This document shows, piece by piece, positions 47,954-56,774 of a stretch of DNA of 64,000 nucleotides. Position numbers and translations under genes: made by a program. The stretch spans positions 763 to 64,762 of the forward strand of contig JAOUFI010000007.1 of the NCBI GenBank assembly GCA_029858305.1, in the 5' to 3' direction. Under the pieces are notes generated by a model. That model was given only the letters and a program-made list of their open reading frames with translations, was not told where the DNA came from and searched no databases. The stretch comes from Candidatus Thorarchaeota archaeon. GTDB lineage: Archaea > Asgardarchaeota > Thorarchaeia > Thorarchaeales > Thorarchaeaceae. Numbering within the stretch: position 1 is the stretch's first letter; the number at the start of each line of letters is the position of its first letter.

Positions 47954-48967
47954 TCAAGTATCATTAAAGTCAATAATATACAGCGTATTTCCTACAGCCT
48001 GCACGATCTCGCGTTTCTTATCGCCATCGATATCGCCAACAGCAAGATTCGATTCTGTTGACTTCTTGGAGGTCTTCAGTGTTGCCTCCTCAGTGATTCT
48101 TTTGCCAACTAGAGTCAATAATGTAATATTGGAGTTGGCATGACTGACCACTATTTGACCGCGTGCAGGTTCTAAATTCCAAAAACGCCCCATTCGTACC
48201 ACATTAACTGGATTGGGTGCTTTTATGGAATCAATCCTTTCCATTGTCCCCTTAACTATTCCATACAAAGTAAGTGTCTTCCCATCAGAAACGGTCATTG
48301 CTTCATAAGTTTCATCATCTGTAATGTCCCCTGTAGAAACAAGCCCCACATCTCCTCCAACGCTGATTCTCGCTCGTTCATGCAATCTATCATCACCATA
48401 TTGATAGATGTAGAAGTATCCTGAATCATCTCCGAAGATAAAACGACTATAGGGCATTCCCTTGGTATAGAGCGGTTGGATTGAGAACACTGGTCGTTCG
48501 AGAACTTTATGGGCTAGCTTATCCAAAGCAACATCATACCACCCATAACATCGCATGCTACCATCACTGGTCGCCACAACGACTTCAGCACTCTCATCAT
48601 CTAGAACATTGAGAACTGAAACTGAGGTAGGAAGACTACCTAAAGGAGTTGAAGCCTTTACGCTAAGACAGTCATCCAAAAACACAACTACACGTAGTGT
48701 GTTATCAAGTCCACCGATGACAAAGTCCTTTACCCCATCACCAGTCACATCTCCAATTCCCATTGCAGCTAAAGGTGGTAGATTCCCTAGTTTGCACCGT
48801 TCTGTAAGAGGATTCTTATCCTCTTGGTGGAATTCATAGACTCTTACATCTCCATTGAGTGTTGATACGACAATATTACTCCTCCCCTTATTTCTTAAAT
48901 CCACAATTTCGACAGATGTGATCACCTCCTTGAAGGTAACCTTTGAAATAACTTCAAGCAAGGTCAT
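47954..48967 (-). CDS. Cytoplasmic beta-propeller with FG-GAP/VCBS-like DxDGD loops
   Basis: Repeats GDVTGDGVKDFVIG, NVLDDESAEVVVA, GDITDDETYE, GDIDGDKKREIV; no signal peptide or TM segment visible. Confidence 0.75.
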   Translation of the reverse strand: MTLLEVISKVTFKEVITSVEIVDLRNKGRSNIVVSTLNGDVRVYEFHQEDKNPLTERCKLGNLPPLAAMGIGDVTGDGVKDFVIGGLDNTLRVVVFLDDCLSVKASTPLGSLPTSVSVLNVLDDESAEVVVATSDGSMRCYGWYDVALDKLAHKVLERPVFSIQPLYTKGMPYSRFIFGDDSGYFYIYQYGDDRLHERARISVGGDVGLVSTGDITDDETYEAMTVSDGKTLTLYGIVKGTMERIDSIKAPNPVNVVRMGRFWNLEPARGQIVVSHANSNITLLTLVGKRITEEATLKTSKKSTESNLAVGDIDGDKKREIVQAVGNTLYIIDFNDT

Positions 48968-49095
48968 GTGGGGAGTCCTCTTACAGCTGATGGCTGAACG
49001 AAAACGTGAAGGACTTTGAGACCATTTAAGAGTTATTGGATTGAGGAGATGCCAAAACTAATGAGCTTAAGAGTGAAGCATGAGACCTTGATACT

Positions 49096-49641
49096 ATGGG
49101 CAGAGAAAAAGAGCCACTCAATCTTGATGAAACCGAGTGGACTTCCACATCGGAAACTGTTGCAAAGGACCTTCAATCTTTTGTAGATGAGTTCGGCTCA
49201 TTCACACCGCAGCATTTCGCTGAAGTTAATTTCCATCTTCTTCGAGGTACGAGTTTGACTAAAACAAGTCGCGATGAGCTTTGTGAAATATCAATTCACA
49301 TTAAGACCTGTCCCAAATGCGATTTCTTGTATGTTGCAAAGAAATGTCTACTCTGGTCACGGCTCTATAAAATGGTGACTTGGGAAATCATAGAGAGAAC
49401 ACCCCCATGTATTCGATTAGCCTTTGCGAAGAGAACAATTAAGACTGTCACAAACTATCTTGTAGCAGTCAATGTACTGGCTCCTCCTTTCTTTAAATCA
49501 CGAAGGGCTCCATCCTGTATTGCTATGCGTCACTGGGGTTATTGCCATCCGAACGAATATTGCAAAGCAATGAAGACAGGCAACACCTTCGAGTATATAG
49601 CAGCTCGAGAACGAGTGAAACTTTCGCGAACACACCCTTGA
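49096..49641 (+). CDS. Small Cys-rich protein resembling the Fe-S C-terminal domain of primase PriL
   Basis: PPC-x35-(PS)C-x8-C-x5-C...N.FEY pattern; also an HxxxCxxC motif. Confidence 0.6.
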   Translation: MGREKEPLNLDETEWTSTSETVAKDLQSFVDEFGSFTPQHFAEVNFHLLRGTSLTKTSRDELCEISIHIKTCPKCDFLYVAKKCLLWSRLYKMVTWEIIERTPPCIRLAFAKRTIKTVTNYLVAVNVLAPPFFKSRRAPSCIAMRHWGYCHPNEYCKAMKTGNTFEYIAARERVKLSRTHP

Positions 49642-49701
49642 AAGTATTCCTTGTTATGGCTTAAATAGCAGGTCTGATATCAAAACTCGGAGTTATCTAC
49701 T

Positions 49702-51210
49702 TTGCAGAATAATGTAGATGTGGATGCCATTCGCCTAATCCGCCTCACTGGACTTAAAGAGAGTGAAATTGCCGATGCAAGAAACCAAGGTGGTGAGAGC
49801 TGGAGTAAAATTGCCCGGTCAATCAAAGAACACGAACAGCTCATCTCAATGGGTGAAAAGCATACAAGGCAAAAAGCCATTCAGGATCCCGTTCATGGAG
49901 CTATTCTATTTGATCCATGGGAGCTAGACATCATCTCATCCTGGGAAATGCTTCGGCTTCGATATGTGATGCAGCTTGGACCTGCACATATTGTTTATCC
50001 TGGGGCTACACACACTCGGTTCCAACACTGCCTAGGCACTAATTTTCTTGCCCAGAAGTCAATCCGTGTGGTGAATTACTGTGAAGATCTTGATTGTGGT
50101 CACTTTACTCCTTTCTCTAACCTGCTTGATGATTATCAGAGGAAATTGTTTAGAGCATCAGCCTTGCTTCACGATGTTGGCCATCCACCCACTTCTCACA
50201 CCATCGAGTTCGCCCTACAGTCTTGGGCTGGCATCAATCACGTAGATCTGGGAGAGTATTTAGTCCTAAATAGTGGACTCACTGACATCCTCCAAAAGAA
50301 CGATATAGAACCACAGGATATAATGAGTATTCTGAGAGGAAAAACCAACAATCCTGTATTGAGGATTCTCCATGACTTTCTAGATCATCCCTTAGATATC
50401 GATAAAACAGACTATTTGATTCGGGATGCACATTATAGTGGTGTACAGCTAGGAGTATTTCCTGCTGAACGAGTTATGCTAACCAACCGCGTAGTTATGG
50501 ACAGAGAAGGAAAATACGTTCGTGCTTTCATGTTGAAAGCAATACACTCTCTTGAGTCTCTGATTCTTAGTCGCAATTGGATGTTCTCTGACCTGTATCT
50601 TCACCATGCAGTAAAACTTGCAGAGGCTCTTGTGTCAAAAGCAACATACTTCAGAATGGAAGAAGAATCTCTTACAAAGAATGAGTGTATCGGTCTCTTT
50701 ACCAGAATGAATGATAGCGACCTCTTCCGCTGGCTCTCCGAATCGGAGGTTGCTTTCGTTAGGGAATATGTATCACGAATCCGATATAGACGGCTGTTCA
50801 AGGTGGCTCTTCTTAGACCTCTTGTGGCATTTGAACCAAGTGCTAGAAAGAAGCTTCTCCTGATGCTCGATGAAATCACTAATCTGATTGAAACAGAGAA
50901 TGAGCTCTCAGAGGAACCTGGCAGCGTAGTAGTCGACGTTGTAGTTCCAGAATTAGGAGAAAAGACCTTGAGTAAGATACCACTCCTGATTGGTGGTGAA
51001 CGAGGTTTCGACCTTGTAGGTCTGGATGAAACAAAGGAGGGCTTTCCTCTTCTGCAGATTCTGAAGCAGCAATCACGAACAATCCCATCAGTTCGTGTAT
51101 ACTCAGAACCTAAGATTGCTAACGCTGTCAGGAAGAAGTTTGAAGAACTATTTCCACCAGCAGATATTCCTACATATCGGGAAGATGAATATGATTTTCT
51201 AGAGTATTAG
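49702..51210 (+). CDS. SAMHD1/YwfO-like HD-domain (d)NTP triphosphohydrolase
   Basis: QDPVHG, RLRYVMQLG, YPGATHTRFQHCLG, LHDVGH, DIDKTDYLIRD. Confidence 0.88.
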   Translation: MQNNVDVDAIRLIRLTGLKESEIADARNQGGESWSKIARSIKEHEQLISMGEKHTRQKAIQDPVHGAILFDPWELDIISSWEMLRLRYVMQLGPAHIVYPGATHTRFQHCLGTNFLAQKSIRVVNYCEDLDCGHFTPFSNLLDDYQRKLFRASALLHDVGHPPTSHTIEFALQSWAGINHVDLGEYLVLNSGLTDILQKNDIEPQDIMSILRGKTNNPVLRILHDFLDHPLDIDKTDYLIRDAHYSGVQLGVFPAERVMLTNRVVMDREGKYVRAFMLKAIHSLESLILSRNWMFSDLYLHHAVKLAEALVSKATYFRMEEESLTKNECIGLFTRMNDSDLFRWLSESEVAFVREYVSRIRYRRLFKVALLRPLVAFEPSARKKLLLMLDEITNLIETENELSEEPGSVVVDVVVPELGEKTLSKIPLLIGGERGFDLVGLDETKEGFPLLQILKQQSRTIPSVRVYSEPKIANAVRKKFEELFPPADIPTYREDEYDFLEY

Positions 51211-51884
51211 AGTAGATGCTTGATGTTTTCAATGACTTTCCTGAAACCATGTTCCATCTGAATGATTCCAAAGATAGCCTCAACAAGTGTTCCCTTATCA
51301 TGCTCTATCTCAGCTTTGCCTGGAACATCAGGATCAAAGTGAATTCTATGTTCGTAGAGTCCCCATCGATCGCACAGGTTTGCCATGTGCATGTTACTAA
51401 CAATCTCTGATTTTTCTTGTGTGATGTGCCCGACATCACTTGGATCTGGTTGCCATAACTGGTACAATACGCCCATATCAATTACAGAGTCCCCAAGCAG
51501 AGCTATCACCTGAGCTATCTCACTTAACGCTATTAGGTCTGCGAACTCGTGATCCTCTAATGGATTGTTCCTCTCATTCTTATAATGCGTGTCTAGCTCT
51601 AGGAATAGGTTCTTTGTACTTGGCTGGAACATTACTACCTGTACGATTTCGATATTTTTGATTCTTATATCTAGAATTTTCTCTAACTTTGGAATCAACT
51701 GACGACGAATATACTCCAAGCGTATCTGTACTTCTTTAAGTTGCTCTCTCCATCGGTCGATTTTTGCATGGAGCCGTGTCTTGTTCGCTTGGGTTTCCTT
51801 TCCTGTCTGATCTATAGCTTTCAATAAGACCTCGAGCTTTTTTTCTATGTGAATAGGTTTCAAGGAGAGTTTCATCCGACTCAA
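51207..51884 (-). CDS. RNase III-domain protein without dsRBD, N-terminal coiled coil
   Basis: LLGDSV, VSN..MA.L...GL, GTLVEAIFG match the RNase III signature blocks. Confidence 0.72.
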   Translation of the reverse strand: MSRMKLSLKPIHIEKKLEVLLKAIDQTGKETQANKTRLHAKIDRWREQLKEVQIRLEYIRRQLIPKLEKILDIRIKNIEIVQVVMFQPSTKNLFLELDTHYKNERNNPLEDHEFADLIALSEIAQVIALLGDSVIDMGVLYQLWQPDPSDVGHITQEKSEIVSNMHMANLCDRWGLYEHRIHFDPDVPGKAEIEHDKGTLVEAIFGIIQMEHGFRKVIENIKHLL

Positions 51885-51897
51885 GATTTCATCCTCC

Positions 51898-52671
51898 TCA
51901 GTAATAGCTTATCTCGGCATTTGTCCTATCATATCTCGTTACACGGAAAGCAGTGATTGAGTACTCAATTGCAAGCTTTGCCATTGCTAGGGTGACCAAT
52001 GACGGCCCGAGAGTCAAATCGATTACCATATCGTGAATAAAGATGTTATCAATTATTCCTGCCTCCATGAAATCAACAGTGCCTTGTAAGTTTCCATATT
52101 CTGTTTCATCATCAGTTCCCGTAACCTCGTCTGGGACTTCAATCCATTCTGTTGTCCAACGTCGGAAAGCATCATCAGGTATGAATCGATCAACTATCCT
52201 TGATACACCTCGAGTCCAGTGTCTTGCCTCCACGAAAACAAGCAATTTCTTTGGATTGAAGTAGGGATTGTTTGTTAACCACTGTACAAACGGTCGTTGA
52301 TCCTCAGGTCGGCTAAGAGACGTAACATACAAAAGCGGTTTTGAGATTCCTAACGCTCTCCGAACAGGATGAATAGCTCTTGGCTCAAGTTCAAAAAGGC
52401 GGTATTGAGATTGTTTCCAGCTGACGATAATCCCCAAGTCTTCGAGGCGTCCAGTGTTATGATAAAGCTTGGGACTAGTCACCTCAACCTTCTCAATCTC
52501 CCTCTTACTCGCACCCTCCACCATCATCTGTGCCTTGATGTCCGTAGCAATCTTCTCTCTAAGTTCTGCGCCAGTCTTCAGTCCTCCCTCAAGTTGATCA
52601 AGAATAATCCGTCTTGCCCTCACTGTTTCAATCTCTTCTTTGATCATATCTTCAAGGGATTTTCGGAGCAT
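51898..52671 (-). CDS. wHTH + CARF-like Rossmann domain regulator
   Basis: N-terminal wHTH (KLYHNTGRLEDLGII..W); C-terminal strands LYVTSLS, KKLLVF, EWIEVP, MVIDLTLG...LAM..LA, TAFRV follow CARF order. Confidence 0.62.
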   Translation of the reverse strand: MLRKSLEDMIKEEIETVRARRIILDQLEGGLKTGAELREKIATDIKAQMMVEGASKREIEKVEVTSPKLYHNTGRLEDLGIIVSWKQSQYRLFELEPRAIHPVRRALGISKPLLYVTSLSRPEDQRPFVQWLTNNPYFNPKKLLVFVEARHWTRGVSRIVDRFIPDDAFRRWTTEWIEVPDEVTGTDDETEYGNLQGTVDFMEAGIIDNIFIHDMVIDLTLGPSLVTLAMAKLAIEYSITAFRVTRYDRTNAEISYY

Positions 52672-52947
52672 TTTATCACACTATCCGCGGATATATTATC
52701 TAGTAATCTCATGTATTAACCTTTTATACTTATCGAAGATAATGTCCTCTCCTGCCTGAAAAACGCTCAGAAAAGCCTCTACAATATACATTGTTAAGAT
52801 ACTTTTCGAAAAGAAAGAGGGGCCGTCCGACGAACCCTTAAATAGAATTTGCAGAAACGGTGTAGTAGCAAGGAGCTTCTCTAGCTCTGAACTGGCGAAT
52901 CTGAATTTCTGGATTTGTCTAAAATTAAAATACACGAGGACCGAAAA

Positions 52948-54087
52948 ATGGCTGAAGACGAGTTTCTTGGCGCAAAGCCGATTGTCATTGACAACGGCAC
53001 TGGATTGAGCAAGAACGGATACGCCGGCGAAGATCAGCCACGAAGTGTCTGGCCGACTCTGATTGGTTATCCAAGATATGAGTCAATCATGACCGATGTT
53101 GATCACTACACACGTGACTACTACATCGGTGAAGAGGCTATCAACCTACGTGGTGTCCTACGTCTGGTTTACCCGATCTCTCATGGAATTGTAGAAGACT
53201 GGGATGCCATCGAGAAGATTTGGAGCTACACGTTCTATAACGACTTGAAGGTAGACCCAAGCGAGAACCCGGTGCTCCTCACTGAGGCACCATTCAACCC
53301 CAGAGAGAACAGAGAGCGTATGGCCTCCGTCATGTTTGATAACTTCGGAGTACCCGCAGTATATGTTGCCACACAGGCAGTGCTATCACTGTACGCATCT
53401 GGTAGAACAACTGGTCTAGTCATCGACTCTGGTGACGGTGTGACCCACATAGTACCAATCTATGAGGGCTTCTCAATCAATCATGCCATCCGCAGAATCG
53501 ATTTAGCTGGAAGAGACATCACCGAGTATCTGCGCAGACTACTCAGACAGAGGGGTTACTCCTTTGTCAGTGGTGCAGAGAAAGAGATTGTCAGAGATGT
53601 CAAAGAGAAGCTATGTTACGTAGCTCTCGATCCCGAGAGGGAACGAACTGTTGCTGACAAGGCTGGTGTCGACAAACCCTACATGCTTCCTGATGGTGAA
53701 GTAATCACTGTTGGTGCAGAGAGGTTCCAAGCTCCTGAGTTGTTCTTCAACCCAAGTGCTATTGGTCTTGACACAATGCCACTCGATGAACACATTGTCG
53801 AGTCAATCAAGGCTTGTGATGTCGACTTGCGACGTGACCTGTACGCCAATGTTGTGCTATCCGGCGGTTCAACTATGTTCCCTGGACTCAAGGAGAGACT
53901 CCACAAGGAGATCACCGAACTAGTACCCGAGAACATCGAGGTTCGTATCATTGCTCCACCAGAGAGACAGTACTCTGTCTGGATTGGTGGTTCTATCCTC
54001 GGCTCACTGAAGACCTTCCAGAAGATGTGGGTCTCAAAGAAAGAGTTCGAAGAAGTCGGACCCGAAGTCATACACCGCTGTATCTAG
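52948..54087 (+). CDS. Asgard (Lokiactin-type) actin
   Basis: [73 protein letters not shown]; ATG 52948 behind GAGG. Confidence 0.97.
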   Translation: MAEDEFLGAKPIVIDNGTGLSKNGYAGEDQPRSVWPTLIGYPRYESIMTDVDHYTRDYYIGEEAINLRGVLRLVYPISHGIVEDWDAIEKIWSYTFYNDLKVDPSENPVLLTEAPFNPRENRERMASVMFDNFGVPAVYVATQAVLSLYASGRTTGLVIDSGDGVTHIVPIYEGFSINHAIRRIDLAGRDITEYLRRLLRQRGYSFVSGAEKEIVRDVKEKLCYVALDPERERTVADKAGVDKPYMLPDGEVITVGAERFQAPELFFNPSAIGLDTMPLDEHIVESIKACDVDLRRDLYANVVLSGGSTMFPGLKERLHKEITELVPENIEVRIIAPPERQYSVWIGGSILGSLKTFQKMWVSKKEFEEVGPEVIHRCI

Positions 54088-54139
54088 TATACAATTAGTT
54101 TACCGAAGAGGGAGTCTTTCCCTCTTCGCTCTCTTGTTT
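54038..54139 (+). repeat. Actin 3' end + terminator, copy 1 (functional gene)
   Basis: Direct repeat of 54775-54870. Confidence 0.9.
54104..54128 (+). terminator. Actin terminator hairpin
   Basis: CGAAGAGGGA-GTCTT-TCCCTCTTCG (10-bp stem) followed by a T-rich tract. Confidence 0.75.
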
Positions 54140-54146
54140 TTCTATC

Positions 54147-54698
54147 TCATTGCTTGTCTTCATCGGAATCAGTTTGGTTCTTTTGCCACCATGGCGGCTT
54201 CTTTTCCAAAAGTTCATCCTCAGGTTTCTTTATTCCTACATTTACAATCCGTATGACAACAAGACCTAGTATAAATTGGAAGGGTAGTGGTCCCGCATAG
54301 ATCCCACTAGTATAAGCTTCAAATGGAAATGAAATTCCTAGAAAGAAAATGGGTATAACCAAGCTCAGAATACCCGAAATGATTGTCCATCGTTGAGCAG
54401 TTGGTTTTATGCAATAGTACGTGACCTGAAGAGCATAGATTACGAAGAATAATAATAACATAAAAATCACCGCCACATACATTGGTCCAATCATCCATCC
54501 TGATGGCTCAGCTCCTCCAGGTGGAGAATAAGATCCAAAGAGGAAATAGTATATTGGTTCCATTTCCCATCCTATTCCTGCTTGGTATGAAAGCGAAATC
54601 GAACCTATGACCAACGGTGTCAAAAATGTCACGCACCATAACAGGAGTAGTCCAAGCTTTGCCTGCCATCTATTTATAGAACTCATCCAATCCCTCAA
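54147..54698 (-). CDS. 4-TM membrane protein lying between the two actin 3'-end copies
   Basis: 183-aa hydrophobic ORF, the only gene between the repeats. Confidence 0.75.
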   Translation of the reverse strand: MRDWMSSINRWQAKLGLLLLWCVTFLTPLVIGSISLSYQAGIGWEMEPIYYFLFGSYSPPGGAEPSGWMIGPMYVAVIFMLLLFFVIYALQVTYYCIKPTAQRWTIISGILSLVIPIFFLGISFPFEAYTSGIYAGPLPFQFILGLVVIRIVNVGIKKPEDELLEKKPPWWQKNQTDSDEDKQ

Positions 54699-54774
54699 TT
54701 ATCAATAGATCACAGTCGGAAATAAATCTCTTCAATAGTAAAAGTATGTACTAGATATTTGATATCAAATTTTT

Positions 54775-54870
54775 AGAAAGAATTCGAGGAAGTAGGACCC
54801 GAAGTCATACACCGCTGTACCTAGTCTGTTCTTGGTTTACCGAAGAGGGATGCTCTTCCCTCTCTTGTTT
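54775..54870 (+). repeat. Actin 3' end + terminator, copy 2 (orphan fragment)
   Basis: Encodes [15 protein letters not shown] and keeps an AGAGGGA/TCCCTCT hairpin. Confidence 0.9.
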
Positions 54871-54899
54871 TAATTGCTGAATTAAGAAAGGCAAATCTA

Positions 54900-55898
54900 T
54901 CATCTGTAGGGGCAAAACGTGCTCTCGATGTAGGAAAGGTCTTCCTCAATATTTCTCCTTAACTTGGTCAGAATTTGCTTACTTCTCTCATCAAGTGCAT
55001 CAAAGGAGCCCTTGTCAGCTAAATCGTAGTCCATGTTCAGTGCAATATAATGAATGAACTCGAACAATTTCAGTGCCTTTGACAAATCCTCTGCCCACAA
55101 CTTGTTCAAGTGATTCTCTCTCTGATATCCAACCATGAAGTGCTTGAGATAGATGTCCGCAAACTCACGATTAGTCATACTCTCTGGTTTCTCCCATATT
55201 GAAAATCCAAGTGCGTTAGCGATATCGAAGACGAAGAAACCGTATGCACAATCATCAAAGTCAAGGATAGTAAGTCGCTTGTCATCCAGGAATAGATTGG
55301 CATGGTGGACATCCTGATGAATTAGTCCAAATGAGTCGCGTGAAGTTGGTTTATCCTTGAAGTATTCCATAAGTGCATCGAATCGTTCAAGTACCCTTTC
55401 CTGGTCCGATGGAATCCATGCACGGCGCAAATATTCATCGTCATACCATTGTATTCGTCCAGTTACTTTTGATGGTGGTCTGTAGTCCTTTGTGAGTCTG
55501 TGCATTAACCCTACTGCTTCTCCCCATGTTTGGAAAAGCTCTGGGGAGAAATCATCCTTTGTTACCAGATGACCAGGTGCCCATTCAAAGCATACAACCG
55601 AGATCGCTCCTGCATCGGTATCGACTGTTTCAACGAGGTTATTGCTCTGAGAAGGGATCACACGTACAACCGGTGCATCATGCTCAGATAGGTATGCCAA
55701 CCAGTTCATCTCCGCCTTCACTTCAGCCTGCGTCTTATGACCTGGTGGAGTGACCCGCACGACGAGCCTATTTTCGGTAGCATCAAACCCGAACATCTTG
55801 TTCTCGTACCCTCCCCCGAGCTTCACGAGTTTGTTTACTACGAATCCATAGAGAGTTGAGGCTTCTTCAAGTGCGGTTTGCAACCAGTGTTCGGTCAT
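54900..55898 (-). CDS. APH/type II homoserine kinase-like phosphotransferase
   Basis: LVVRVT, GLIHQDVHHAN, ILDFDD (Brenner-type motifs); start at ATG 55898. Confidence 0.88.
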   Translation of the reverse strand: MTEHWLQTALEEASTLYGFVVNKLVKLGGGYENKMFGFDATENRLVVRVTPPGHKTQAEVKAEMNWLAYLSEHDAPVVRVIPSQSNNLVETVDTDAGAISVVCFEWAPGHLVTKDDFSPELFQTWGEAVGLMHRLTKDYRPPSKVTGRIQWYDDEYLRRAWIPSDQERVLERFDALMEYFKDKPTSRDSFGLIHQDVHHANLFLDDKRLTILDFDDCAYGFFVFDIANALGFSIWEKPESMTNREFADIYLKHFMVGYQRENHLNKLWAEDLSKALKLFEFIHYIALNMDYDLADKGSFDALDERSKQILTKLRRNIEEDLSYIESTFCPYR

Positions 55899-56115
55899 CT
55901 CCCGTTTTTCTCGGAATGCTACATAAGATGGTTGCGAACAATGCAATAGGATTGAGTGGTAGCCTCAAATATAACAATATTAGAGGGTCTTATTATGCAT
56001 ACTACTCATTAGTTTGGTTCATCAATGCCAGCAAAAGCTGATCTAGATTATGTATGAATTCTGAAGGCAGGCTACATTGCCCACCTTCATATTCGTTTAT
56101 GATGTCAGTTTATGT

Positions 56116-56751
56116 CTAAATCTCATTAGCTTTAGATGTTCCCATCAAGTAACCGCCGAAGCTAATAATCCAAGCGAGAATTGGATAGATTGCCCAACGT
56201 TCCAATGACCCTTTTGCCATCCCAAGAAATGTCTCTGTAGAGCCAGCTGGAAGACCCAAATAGGGTATGAAGACAATTGATAGAACGATTGACATCAATC
56301 CAAGCGTAGCTGCCATTATTGACATTGGTTTACTCTGGAACGAATACGAACCAATGGCTGCTAGCGCTCCAAACATAATTGCTAGCAAGGTAGCAACACT
56401 ATGCATAGGCTGAAGATTAGCCGGGAATATCCCTACGCCCATTGCACCGATTCCAGAAATCGTCAAGAGAATTGGAAGAAGCTTTCTCTCTGTAGCCTTG
56501 AACAAGAAAAATGCACCAAAGACCATGAAAGCTCCGAGCAAGAAAACAGAAAGATTGTAGATTAATGCAGTCGGTCCAGTTCCAAGGTCACTGACATAGT
56601 CAATGCGGCTACTATAGCCATCATACCATGACTCCGCAGCAAGAATGCCCAAGAACCACTGAATACCTCCGATTAGGAAGAAGCAACCACTTACTGCTAT
56701 CTTATCAAACCGTTCTACTAGATTTGTTAGTGAAGTTGTAGATTCTGTCAT
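56116..56751 (-). CDS. DUF998 family membrane protein
   Basis: YS...YVSDLG, GVGIFP, H..A, G.LER motifs. Confidence 0.82.
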   Translation of the reverse strand: MTESTTSLTNLVERFDKIAVSGCFFLIGGIQWFLGILAAESWYDGYSSRIDYVSDLGTGPTALIYNLSVFLLGAFMVFGAFFLFKATERKLLPILLTISGIGAMGVGIFPANLQPMHSVATLLAIMFGALAAIGSYSFQSKPMSIMAATLGLMSIVLSIVFIPYLGLPAGSTETFLGMAKGSLERWAIYPILAWIISFGGYLMGTSKANEI

Positions 56752-56774
56752 TTTGAATCACGCATTTGAACATG

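Noticed and set aside
51898-52671. CRISPR-Cas locus implied by the CARF-like gene
   Set aside because: No repeat-spacer array or cas gene is visible anywhere in the window.
54775-54870. Second actin gene
   Set aside because: Only the last 15 codons are present, with AT-rich non-homologous sequence upstream.
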